Positions 26,542 through 38,100 of a DNA stretch of 60,572 nt are shown piece after piece. Position numbers and translations under genes: made by a program. How positions within the stretch are numbered: the stretch's first letter is position 1; every line of letters begins with the position of its first letter. The stretch is from a virus (lineage: Duplodnaviria > Caudoviricetes), in the IMG/VR virus record IMGVR_UViG_3300038312_000257, positions 1 through 60,572 of that record; one strand, given 5' to 3'. The notes beneath the pieces were generated by a model. The model ran no database searches and was not told the DNA's origin. It saw only the letters and a program-made list of their open reading frames with translations.

Positions 26542-27699
26542 ATGAGGGGCTCCTTAAAAAGAATTGGAAAAAACAAATGGAGAATGGTGTACGACCTTCC
26601 TCCGGTGATAGGGGAAAACGGGAAGCCTCAAAGAAAACAAAAAAAGGAAGTGTTTAACGGAACCAAGACCCAGGCCGAGGCTAAGTTGGCTGAAATTATA
26701 GCGCAAATTGAAGCTGGAGTTTATATTGAAGACCCGAAGATGACGGTAGCAGAATACCTGGCCTATTGGTTTGAGCGCCATAAGGATAGGATTAGCTACA
26801 GAACCAGGTCATCCTATAAGGAAACTATAGACCTCCATCTGGTGCCAGGACTTGGGCGTTACAAATTAATGGACCTGAAGCCGACTTGCATCGAAGACTA
26901 CTATCACGCCAAGAAAGAAAGCCTTTCCGGTACTACCGTTTTATACCACCATCGCGTCCTGAGCATGGCGCTAAGGCAAGCTGTCAAATGGGAGATGCTG
27001 GTCAGGAACCCGGCTGATGGTGTTACCCCTCCGGAGAAAAGCGAGCATAAGGGAGTACGTTTGTCAACGAGCCAGGTTAAGTATATTCTGGATAATACTC
27101 AAGATAACATACTGCACGTTCCTATAGCCTTAGCAGCCCTCCTCGGAGCTAGGCGCGGAGAAATATGCGCCCTGTCCTGGGAAGATATTGATTTCGATGC
27201 AAGGACGATAAGTATACGACACTCCCTTAGCAGGGTCGATGGACAACTAAGACTAGGCCCCACCAAGACAAAGAAAACTCGTATTGTGGCAATAGGAGGC
27301 AACCTGGTTGCCCTGCTCGAGGGGCACAAAGAAAAGCAAGGCGAGTGGGATAAGACTGCTGGAATATCTAGGAATTTAATTTGTTGCTGGGAAGATGGCA
27401 GGCCGCTGGACCCTGGCTATGTCTCTAGGGGGTATAAAAAAATTCTGGAGAGCCTGGGGCTCAACACTGCTTCTCGATTCCACGACCTCAGACATAATTT
27501 TGCCAGCCTAACCTTGAAGTCTAAAATTAACCCTAAGATTGTGTCTGAGATGCTGGGGCACGAAACAACATCGTATTTTGATACAACAACCGAAAAGGTA
27601 TATTCCCATGTAGATATCGAGATGCAAAGAGAGGTCGCGGCGTTCCTGGAAAGCGAATACTTGGAAGCAGAAAACCACGAAACACGGCCAATAAATTAG
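26542..27699 (+). CDS. int: Tyrosine integrase
   Basis: GARRGE, PTKT, FHDLRH, LGH, VYSH catalytic motifs; ATG at 26542 with RBS. Confidence 0.95.
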   Translation: MRGSLKRIGKNKWRMVYDLPPVIGENGKPQRKQKKEVFNGTKTQAEAKLAEIIAQIEAGVYIEDPKMTVAEYLAYWFERHKDRISYRTRSSYKETIDLHLVPGLGRYKLMDLKPTCIEDYYHAKKESLSGTTVLYHHRVLSMALRQAVKWEMLVRNPADGVTPPEKSEHKGVRLSTSQVKYILDNTQDNILHVPIALAALLGARRGEICALSWEDIDFDARTISIRHSLSRVDGQLRLGPTKTKKTRIVAIGGNLVALLEGHKEKQGEWDKTAGISRNLICCWEDGRPLDPGYVSRGYKKILESLGLNTASRFHDLRHNFASLTLKSKINPKIVSEMLGHETTSYFDTTTEKVYSHVDIEMQREVAAFLESEYLEAENHETRPIN

Positions 27700-27770
27700 A
27701 AGTCACGAGGGTCACAAAAAGGTCACAAATTATTGTTTTGTTCTTTTATTTTCTTTTTTTTACTGACACG

Positions 27771-27820
27771 AAAAAAACACCCCCAAAGCCTACAAAATAG
27801 GGGACTGGGGGTGTTTTTTT
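27771..27820. terminator. Bidirectional intrinsic terminator
   Basis: AAAAAAACACCCCCA...TGGGGGTGTTTTTTT. Confidence 0.7.
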
Positions 27821-27864
27821 ACGCTCTTTTGCTTTCTCTTTTTTACTCTGATTATAACTAAGCG

Positions 27865-27903
27865 TCAGGGTGTCCCAGGGCTCGAGCCCTGGATAGCTCA
27901 CCA
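27865..27903 (+). pseudogene. 3' half of a tRNA-Lys-like gene (att core region)
   Basis: TCAGG-GTGTC-CCAGG-GCTCGAGC-CCTGG-ATAGCTC-A-CCA; resembles Firmicutes tRNA-Lys 3' ends (ATGGCTCACCA); T-loop is aberrant. Confidence 0.65.
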
Positions 27904-27984
27904 TAAACCAACGGAACGAGGCGGGTTTGCGGCAAGTGCCGTGACCCTCGTTTAAAATTTCTCCCAGAAAAGGTCACGAAAAGG

Positions 27985-28266
27985 TCACGGACGAATATTT
28001 TTGTTCATTTCAAGAACAGCTTTTTCAATCATCATGTCCAGCTCCCGAACATCAACTTTAGGAAACTTTCCTTTTAGGAAACCACTCACTCGTTCCTTCT
28101 TAAATTCCCCTCGTTTCGCTTGCGGAGCATACATTTCCCAAGCTGTTACGGCTAAATTTACCCATTTTTCCAGGTTATACTGCTTAACCAGCCCCCAGGC
28201 AGCTACGCATACTCCGCCAAGCGCCCCGAGAACTGCATACTGAAAAATCATTGCAGCTATTTCCAT
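27985..28266 (-). CDS. Holin-like membrane protein (LL-H type)
   Basis: N-terminal TM; GEFKKERV...MIEKAVLEMN. Confidence 0.65.
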   Translation of the reverse strand: MEIAAMIFQYAVLGALGGVCVAAWGLVKQYNLEKWVNLAVTAWEMYAPQAKRGEFKKERVSGFLKGKFPKVDVRELDMMIEKAVLEMNKNIRP

Positions 28267-28268
28267 AT

Positions 28269-28913
28269 TTATTTTCTCCCTTCGATTAAATTATTAAGAT
28301 TTAAGGCAACGGCCAGCACGAACCACTTTTCCACCGGCTCATTAGGCGAATGCTGAGCAGGGTCAATTAACCCCAACTCTCCGGCCTTTTTCATTAAGTC
28401 CAATTTCCACTGCGGCACATTACCCTGCCCGATTTGTTTCCTTGTTAGCTCCAAGAAGCCCTCCCAACCGTTGGGTCTGGCCCTGAGTATTTGGGGGCAA
28501 TTCTTCTTTGTCCAATCATAATGCTGTTTCATTGCTTCCGGAAATGGTTTCAGTGAAGGGACGGTCTTTAACAGATGAGCAATGAGCCGGGCGGCATTTT
28601 CCTCCGCCTTGGCCCTGTCTTGCCCCTCGTGCATACAGATTTCAATGCCTATGCTTTTCCGATTGCCAGTGCCGTTGTACCCATCTCCCGCATGCCAACC
28701 GCTTTCATTTAACTCTAAATGTTGAAATATCTCTTTGTCGTCGACAGTGAAATGCCAGCTACTCCTGGTGCTCCGGCGCTTTAGGTAGTCAGCGTGGTTC
28801 CTGGCTCCTGCGCTGAGGTTGCCCGTATCATGGACCGTAAGGTACAACGGGGTCATCGCCAGGCCAGGTCTGTTGTCGTTTGCGGCTGGAATAATATCCC
28901 TAATTATTTCCAT
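28269..28913 (-). CDS. Endolysin, N-acetylmuramoyl-L-alanine amidase (Amidase_2, XlyA/CwlA-like)
   Basis: TVHDTGN, SWHFTVDD, GWHAGDG, SIGIEIC, QHYDWTKKNCP. Confidence 0.92.
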   Translation of the reverse strand: MEIIRDIIPAANDNRPGLAMTPLYLTVHDTGNLSAGARNHADYLKRRSTRSSWHFTVDDKEIFQHLELNESGWHAGDGYNGTGNRKSIGIEICMHEGQDRAKAEENAARLIAHLLKTVPSLKPFPEAMKQHYDWTKKNCPQILRARPNGWEGFLELTRKQIGQGNVPQWKLDLMKKAGELGLIDPAQHSPNEPVEKWFVLAVALNLNNLIEGRK

Positions 28914-28940
28914 TTGTCCTCCTCTCCTCCTCTCCGGGGA

Positions 28941-29135
28941 CTACGCCCCTACTTTGTCCTTCAGGTCTTCGATGTCACTCTTAATTTCACCGACATCTAC
29001 AGTCAGTTTTTCCAAGCAAGTCATTAGTCGCTCTTCGCGTTTTTCGTTGTAGCGCAGAACATAAAAAAGTAGTGCTACGAAAAGCACTGCAAAAAAGCCC
29101 TGGCTAGCCGCCATTTTGATGACTTCAGCCTCCAT
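28941..29135 (-). CDS. BhlA/UviB-family holin
   Basis: SQGFFAVLFVALLFYVLRYNEKREERL. Confidence 0.88.
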   Translation of the reverse strand: MEAEVIKMAASQGFFAVLFVALLFYVLRYNEKREERLMTCLEKLTVDVGEIKSDIEDLKDKVGA

Positions 29136-29174
29136 CTACACCCCTCCCATATAATTAAAGAACAAAGGCCGCCT

Positions 29175-32100
29175 TTACTTGACGACCTTTGTTTCTTTAT
29201 CCATTTTACTTAAGCGCTGCTTAAGAGCCTCTTTGTTCGCATCCTCCACATGCTTCTCAAAGGCTTTGTCGAGCACCTTGAGTTTTTCTTTGAGCTCGCC
29301 ACTCATGCCATAGCTTTTCTCAGCTTCCTCCAGGAGTGCATCGGGCGTAGCGCCGGCATCCCACAGCTTGATAAACACCAGTGCCTCCCTAGCCATGCGC
29401 CACCGGTCATGCTCCGCAATATCTGTCCAGTATGCTTTTTCAGCAGCGTCCAGGTGCGTAGTATCTCTAAAAGTGCGTACCATTCTATTTTCGTCCCCGA
29501 TTGTCTGGTCGATATCTACTGTAATCTTCAGGATATGATATAAGTCCCAGTCTTTCTGGGGCATCGCCCGAATTGCCGCCTCTAGTTGTCCGTTTTCAGC
29601 GAGTGTATCGCATACTGCCTTTTGCTTTTTCAAGCGGCCCCATTTCCGGTAAACCTCGTTTACAGATTTTCCGTAGTCGGTAGTCTGCAAGAAGACTCTA
29701 AGCATAGGGAGCTTGTCTATGTTGACATGGATTCCGGTATGCCGCGAAACCCAGTTTTCTTTAGAGGGAGCCTGCCCCTTGGTCCTCTCTCGGTAGGTCT
29801 TTACCTCGGTGTTGGGAGTCATCGCGTCTAGCGTCCAGGTGAGGCCATTCCAGGCCATATCTATCAGGTCCAGAGTCATTGTGCCCAGTCCCCCGAAAGT
29901 AGTATCAATGAGGCTCTGCACTGCCACCGGAGAGGCGATACGCCTGTCTCCCAGTCCCATTGCCCCCATAGCTCGACCCCACGCAATACACAGGTGCGGG
30001 GTTAGGGAAGTATACTGGTCCATGGCTCGGTACTTACTCAGCGATGCTGGGACCGAATCCATCCCGTAAAACTGCTTGTATCCTGTCTGCCACTCCGCAA
30101 AGATGTTCAGGGCCTGTGGAAACATAGTGTTGGGAAGGACAGTATGTTGCAAGTTATCAACAGCCCAGTTTTTTACTGCATCGGCAACAGCCATCGAGTC
30201 TTTTGTTGTGGCATAGTCGAAAAATGACTCTATGGTGTTTGCGAAAAGCATGCTGGCATCAAAAGGCTTCGGTATCCTAATTATCATGTCTTTTCCAGGG
30301 ACAGGGATAAGCCAGTAATTCACCCTAATGTAACTATGAGCCTCCTCTATCCTTCTTCTTTGGTCGTCGCTGGCAAAGAATCGCGCCGCTATGCTAAACA
30401 TAGTGAAGGGCAGGTGGGCCCATAGAGCCCTCTCGAAGAAAGCCTTTGGGTTCTGCTTGAATTTTCTAAAGAGCTTATACTTGCCCTGTATGCCGGCGTT
30501 AAAAAACGGAACTATGGAGTTTATTGGCCTGAGCGTCTTGCCCGCCATGCCGAAGTCCATCTGGTCCATGGCTCTGAAGGCGGCCTCCTTCCTGCTTGTT
30601 CCAGTCTCCCTGGCCTTTACATACTCCGTAAACCGGGAGATGTTCTCAGCCGTATGGGATACGTTTTGCAGACCTCTGATTGGGTTAAAGTCCCCGAGTG
30701 CCTTTCTGCCGGTAACCTCTTTATAGAAATTGTTGTGCCGAGTTATTATGTCATTCAGGATGTTACCCATGCCGCCCCCGTCTTCGAGGAACTCTTGCCA
30801 AAGCTGCTGGAGCCTGGCGTTATCTCGCCCCCCCAGCATGAAGACGGCGCTCTCAGCAATGTCCTGAGCGGCAACACCAGAATCTGAGGTTATATAACCG
30901 TGGAAAGCATCCCTGATGGGGTTCTTTACTATGAACTCAGGCGAAGTAGTCGCCCCTGTTCTTAATACATCGCCACATGCCCTGAAGAACTTCCACACAT
31001 TGTTCTCTTCATAGGCTTGCTTCCGCATGGTCTGTATGGCCGCGATAATCTCCGGGTGCGCCTCGTACAGGATAATTTCACCCTTTTCTTTGGCCACAAC
31101 ATAGTTGGCCACGTCCTTGCTCTTAGAGCAGATTACCGTCCCCACTCCAAGCATCTCGAGGTCTTCCTGAGTGAGGTTGTCCGCCGGTACCTCCGTTCCG
31201 TCATCCTTAATAGCATAAAACTCGCGCAACACCGGTATGTTCCGGTGTCTCTTAACCAACTTATCCTTGAGCCCGCTGGCCTCCAACCCGTCAATAACAT
31301 GGTCAAGGTTTCTGAGGACCGCGTTCATTTCTGTCGCCCTTCTCGCCCGCGAATACGCCTCTAAAGAAGAGGTAAGGATATCTTGGACGGGGCGGGTGCT
31401 CCCTTTGCGGTTCATCAGGGGCTCTATCGTGCCCTCAAGAGAAGAGGGGAGTCCTGCTGGTTTCGTAGGGTCAAAATCAATGACCCGGTTATCCCTTAAA
31501 TGCCTAAACATAGGCACATAATTGGGATATGCCTGGGTGAGGGTGTCGTAAGTTTTCTGGGTTATTACTTCACCTTCGAGCATGTCATTGAGCAGCCTGC
31601 GATGGAAGGCCACCAGCTCCTTTTGAGCCTTTCTGGCCTTTTCCTGTTGAGCCCGAGGGAGCTTTGCGAGCTGCGCCCTAGCCTCGTCCAGCACTTCCTG
31701 TATCTGCTCATCAGTAAACCCGGAAGCATCCTCGGTTTTGCTTTCCGCTTGCTCTCTGAAAAACTTGTTGACATCTAGGGCGTGGGAGGCAGTCGCTAAT
31801 TTTCCAACAATTACCTCCATCTCATCGCTGTATGCGCCCTCTTCATCAGTCAACAACTTGCTGATGCCCTGGAAGTCCCTGATAAGACCGTAGAATGTCC
31901 TGGTTTCGATACCGCCATACATCCGGGCTAGCTTGTAGATGCTCTTGTCTGCCTCGTTGAGCTCTCCGCATGCTAGTTCTTCTATCAGCCGTAGCGCAAC
32001 CTTGTCGTCTATCCCGTTGCGCATAAACTTGTAGTAGGCCATCATTGCAAAGTATTTTTGCTTCTGCTCTGCGGTCAGGGGCTTGCCCTCAGCATCCTCG

Positions 32101-35100
32101 CGGTACTGTATATCTCCCAACAGGAAAGTATTCATCAAATTGTCCTTGATGAGAAATTTCTCTAAAGGGGCGACTTTGATGTTGTCTACCGACCTCATTA
32201 TCTCCATGCCCGCCGCCTCTGGGTGCCCACGGTCTATAGAGAACCCTGCGCCTTTCCTGTCCTCTATGAGTTCACTTGCCGGAACAAGCGCGAGCTCCCT
32301 CTTATCGGGGTCGTTCCTTCTGGTACGATATATCCTCTTGATGTAATCCCAGATGTTCTCCTGCTTGCGCTTGCCCCTAGAGGGGAGCTGTGACCTGGAA
32401 GACTTGGCCTCGGAAACCATGGAATCTACGAAGAAATCCATGGCGTTCTTTTTGACTGACTCCAAGACCTCGATGCCATCTGCAGCAATCTGCTGAGTCT
32501 CCTCGAGCTCAGCGGCCCTGGCCTCGTTACCGCTTTCCTTAGCTTCCTGTATTTCCCCCTGGTAATACTCCTTCTGGGCCTGGTGCAAGTCCTTCAGGCT
32601 CCGGGTCTTTTCGGCTTTTTCCATGGCCGCCTTCTGTCGAGCCCGCCAGTCCTGTTGGAAATTAATGTCTGGGTTTTCAGAGTCGAATGTGCCCTTGTTG
32701 TAGATAGACTTTATTTGGTTGGGCTCACGCACCATGTACTCTTTATGTTTGCCAAAATCCGCAATGACCCCATCGTGGCCGTGTTCAGTCAGGTACTGGT
32801 CATAAGCTTGCTGAACCTCATTTGCCTTTAAGCCCTTAGTAAATTCCGCGTCCCAATCAGACGTTACTTCTAAAGGATTGCCCATTTTAAGGTAGACGGG
32901 GTACACCCCCATCACATGACCTTCTTTGGGAGCGCCCTCGCCCAGCACATTCAGGAATTGGTCGAGTTGCCCGGCCTTTAGCCCGGCATAGCTGGAAGCG
33001 TGGTTCTTGCTTGAGTCAAAATAGAACCCAGTTCCGTGCCACATGGTACCCTGAATCTTGGGCTTTTCAAAAGAACCGAAGCCAGGGTCCTTGCTGCCAT
33101 GGTAAACCACCAGCGGCTTGCCCTTCTCATCCACTACTTTGCTGTTCCCGAACCACTTTTTGAACTCTGGTGTGTTTGTTGCGGCCTTCGAGCCAACCTT
33201 CGCCGCTTTGCCCCAGCCCTCTCGGTGCCTAGCTACCGTCTCCTTCTCACTCTGCACGGTCTTTAAATAGCCTACGTATTCAGGGGCAAGTTCGCTCCGC
33301 AGCCGCTCTAAGTTTTCGATAAACGGCAGCACCGAATCATCCTTGCTCAGCGCCAGCTTAATTTTAGATATTACCTCGTCAAGAACGTCCAGCAGGGGCT
33401 TAATAACCTCCGGAGCCTGCTCTCGAAGCTTGCTAATGAAAGACTTGTCGTGCAACATCTCTGCCACCAGGTCGCTTACGAATTCTTCCGGCATCTCATC
33501 GGTAGTGTAATCTCTATCGGTGTACCGCTTGATTAACTCAGAGTGCTCCTCTTTGAGGTTATCTATGGCAACTTTTTCAATCCTGGCGTAGTGCTTGGGA
33601 TGAGTCTCCTTCATGCGGTGCCCGGTCTCGTGCAGGGCTACATAGGTAACAGGGTCCTCAGTATCTTTGTTAATAAATATCTTCCCGTTACTCCGCTCGA
33701 AGAACCCCAATGCTCTGCTCATAAACGAAGGCATCTTAACCGGGATAATGCTAGTGCCGGATAAAGCAACAGCCGCCTTATCGGCCAACTCCATCTCGGG
33801 GGTCCAGCCATCGGCGGCATAAGTTATCCTATCTTTATCTCTACGGGTCACGCCCAGCGTTTGGTTAGCCTCGCTAACTGCTTTCCGCGCAGTGGAATCG
33901 GCGTACTTGAATCTCTGCCGCGCGCGCCAGTCCTGTTGGAACTCGGGGATTGCACCGGGTTCGGCAGGAGTTTTGTCACTTAGTTTTCTCCGTTCTAAGG
34001 CAGACAGGGCTCCGCCCTCGGCGGCATCGGTGGCCAGGGCCTCGTAGGTCTTAGTTGCATCGGCTTGCCCTATGGCTCCGAGCATCTTCAGCTTTCTGTA
34101 GGTTATTTCAAAGCCCCAGTCATCAATGGGGTGGTCAGCTTTGAGAAACATTACATCAACATCGCTTTTAGTTGTCAGTCGCCAGACCCGGCCCAGCGCC
34201 TGCATCGTTTCTATCGCGCTGAACGGCGGCGTCATAAATATTACGGTTCTGGGCCTGTCGCCGTGCTGGTCGTCCAGGGATACCGAGGTACCGCCCTTTT
34301 GGATAGTGGCCAGCGCCACAGGGGCTACTCCGCTTTGATAGTTCTCTATTTCACCTTCGACCTTACCTCCGCCGAAGATTTTTGCCACCTGGTTATAATA
34401 AGGCCCTTTGCCTTGCTTTTCGCGGAAGTAGGCGTCAAATTTCCCCGCAAGCTCGGTCAATGTACCCGGTCCATCGGGGATGCCGCCACTGGCCTGGCGC
34501 TTGGCAAGTTCCTCCTGCAGCATCTCCTCTACGAACGCTTCTTTTTGCCTCTTTGTGCCGAAGTGTCGCCCCCTTCTCCTTGCTTCTTCGCTGGCCTTTT
34601 TTACAAACCCCCAGTCACTCATTAACTGCTCTCTGACACCCTTAATCATACTGGTAGGATTTACTTGCCCGGCGAATATTAAGACCTGCCGCCCCTTCTC
34701 CATCTCCTCCAGGGCGAGGTTGTACGCCTCCTGGATTTTTTGAGTTTCCAGATACCTCCTCTGTGCCATCAAGACCTTTGCCTTAGTGTAAGGATTTATC
34801 CCCTTGGATTCGACGATGTTCGCCACCTGGTCCATGGAGCTTCTTAGCGACTCATCTATATCGTACTTCCTTACGCCGATGTTTACGCCCTCAAGAGAGA
34901 GCTCCCTTTTTAGGAGCAGTCCCGCATCGGCTAATTCGTTGTAAAAAAGCTCTAGTTGCCCAGCGGTGTACTCCAAGTTGGCTGACCGCCAATATCCGCC
35001 TTCCTTGTTATCTACGAAAACATATCCCATTCTTTGCAGGAAACTCGCCTTCGGGTCCGCCAACCCCACATCGTAGTGGTCCAGGAAACCCAGCTTCTCT

Positions 35101-38100
35101 AAATACATCAACTGCTCGGTGTCTTCGGCGATGGTGGCAGTAGCGAACATGGCCTTGTTGGCTAACAAACTCAAGTCCCGGCCAATGTCGGCTTTCTTAG
35201 AGTCCTTGTCGGCCTTTTTCATGTTGTGGGATTCATCAAAAACAATCAGGTCTGGGGCCATCCCTAACTTGTCCAGGATTGATTCGTCTCCGACTGAGAA
35301 GTAGTTATAGACAACTGCGTTTATTGCGCCCTTCTTCATCTTGCTTCGCTTAGCGGAATTCTTCTTGGCGGCCATAAAGTGCAATTTACCCGTGGGTATG
35401 CCTAACAGTTTGGCGTCCCTAACGAATGCCTCTCGGAAAGATTTCTCATCATGGAGGACTATTAGGACGCTTTCTCCGTTCCTGGAATAGTGTTCGGCGA
35501 CAGCCAGCATCTGGGCGGTTTTGCCCGCGCCGGTTCCGTCTGCAAGAATAAAGGCCCCGTGGTTATCCAGGGCCTCAACTGCTAAACTGACTCCATCTTT
35601 CTGGTGTTCCTCTAGCACATTCCAAGTATTTTCATCGCACTTAATTTCTGTTCTCTTTTTTGTTTTAATTCCCTTTGTAATTCGTAGTTTTCTGGGGTTT
35701 TCTGCAGTTCCTGTCGCATAGATTGTTCTTCCATGTCTAACAACATCAGTTCTTCGATAGGTTCCAGTAAGGGAGCCCTTCTCATTTTCTCCTCCAAGCT
35801 CAATGGTTGCTCTTTGGGCTTTTTCGACATACTCTTCCCCTCCAAATTTATCCATTATGGCTGACAGTGGAGAATCGGCAGGGTCGGAGCTGACCCATTC
35901 GTAGCGCTTAGTAGCATCATTGTACCGAGCCCCCATGTTAAATAACTCGCGGCCATAAGTGGCGATGTTGCCGCTGATACTCCAGAAATACTTAATCTCG
36001 TCTTTCCCGCTATCATAATTGCGGCGAGTGTCAATGCCCATCTCCAGCTCAAGACCCAATCTCCTTAGAACCCTGATTGGGACTGAATCCTCAATAGATG
36101 CGGGAGCCATGGTTTCATTGTAGCCTGCGAAGACTTTTTCTAATTGAGCTAATTTTTTTGACGAAAGCGCTTCTCCCTTATCAACCCTTGCCTTGATTAT
36201 ATCAAACATCTTCTTGGCTTTTTCAAGTTGTTTTGCATTAAAGGCCCGCTTCTCTTTGTTGGGTTTCAATAACTCTTCTGTTTTTGCTAATCTCTTTAAG
36301 CTTTCTTTTCGAACCCTTTTCTCCTCGGCCTCTCTTTGTGCTCTTTGCTGGTTAGCCTTATCCAGTCTTTCGCTTTGCTCTGCGGCCAGCCTTCCAATAA
36401 ACTCCCGTATGGCATGCGGATTGTCCTTGATTTTCTCAAGCTCCGGGAGCGCCGCCGGGTTGTTTTTTTCTAAAACAGCTCTTGCTCGCTGGTAATAGGG
36501 AATTTCTCTGCGCGCGCTCTGGAAATCAAAGTCATCGTCCCCGAGGAGGGATTCGTAAGAGCTGAGCTCTTCCTCTATCCTGCGAGCCTCCGAGTCCAAG
36601 GATTGCCTAGAGCGAACATTGCCCTCACCAACAATGTCGGAAAACTCATCCAGCAAGTCACTGAGGTCTTCGTCATCCGAGAAGTCATCGGTTATGTCGT
36701 CAATGTCAACCTTGCCTTTTTTACCAGACCCTTCGTCAGTCGGCTCAGTTTCACCGGGCATCTCTACTACGGGGGGGTCCGGAATGTCTTGCGGGAGAAC
36801 TTCCTTAGTTGACTCAGCCAGGATTTCTTCCGGCGGGAGTGCCTTGACCTTTTTCTGCATCTTCTTAATGCTGGACTTTAGGAGTCTTATCGCTTCTTTT
36901 TGCTCCTTGTTGTATGTGTCCAGTGTATATTTTTCCGTAAATCCCTTCCCCTCGGCGGCATCAGCCTTTATTGTTGGTACCTCTTTCGCGTATTCCAGCG
37001 CCGCTTCCAGATAAGCCAGGTTAATCTGCATAGAGACCGAGTCTTCTTCTTCGGCCATTTCTTCCATCCAATCTATCACGTCATACCAATAATACTTCCC
37101 GTACTCGTCGAATTCAAAAACTTCGCCAAGCTCATTGTCTATTTCCTCCTGAGTGGGAAGAGCGAGCTTTGTCGGAGTCTCGGGGACCGGTGTCTCGGTT
37201 ACCGGAGTTTCGTCTTTTCGGGATTCCTCCAGTCTTTGCAGGAGCTCGTCTCTTATCTGGGCTGCTTTATCATAGCTTTCTTTGCCGCTATCAACCACGG
37301 GGACCTTGTCAAGGTTGTGAACGGGGTAATTCCATATTTTCTGCGCCACTTCCGCCGGGTTATCCCCGTTGTGCACCCAGAAAATAATGTAAGGCTGCCC
37401 CCACTCTTTCTTCCAACCGGGTGGCGTAAATTCTTCGTCAAACCTCACCTTGACCACCGGAATAAAGCCATGCTGCTCATAAATATCAGACAAGTTCCCA
37501 TCGTAATTATCCAGCTTTTTGCCGCCTTCGCTGAGTGCGTTTAACAGCAACTGCGTAGAGCCCCTGCGTACCCCAGACTCCTGTTTATTATTAAATAGAC
37601 TCACGATGTCTCCATCGGGGGTTACTGCTACTCCCGAATGTCCGCCTTCAGTTAAGAACAACTTCATTCCTGCATACTCTTCTGGTGATTTTAGTTCAAC
37701 ATAAGGGCCATGTTCTGTTTTGTCCTTTGCCTGTTTCAGGGCATCAAAAAAGGCACTGGGTTCGCCAATGCCATAAATATCTGAGGCTCCTGTTTTCTTT
37801 TTACCCAGTACTTGGGCTACTTGAGGCTTGAGCCTCTTTACCATATTTCCAGCGTTCTCTTTATTCTTTCGTCCGACCTGCCTGCCGCTCTCCACTTGTC
37901 TATCATTTTCTTCTCGAAGTCCGCTAAGTCTGTCCCGAACATCCCATATTTCTTCTGCTCTTCCAATTGACGAAGGGATTCCGCTTTGTTTTGCTCGATT
38001 TTCGAGTTCTCGCGCACCTGCATAAATTTCACCCCCAAAAATTAACTCGTTTTCAGTATACGGTTTTAAATGTTTTTTGGCAACCCAAAACGATTTACTG

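Larger units (their letters stand above)
27701..27990. other. attP region with arm-type repeats
   Basis: GTCAC repeats at 27702, 27711, 27722, 27941 (inverted), 27973, 27984 flanking a tRNA 3' fragment. Confidence 0.7.

Noticed and set aside
27848-27903. Functional tRNA gene
   Set aside because: No 5' acceptor strand or D-arm, and the anticodon and T loops are disrupted; treated as an attP fragment.
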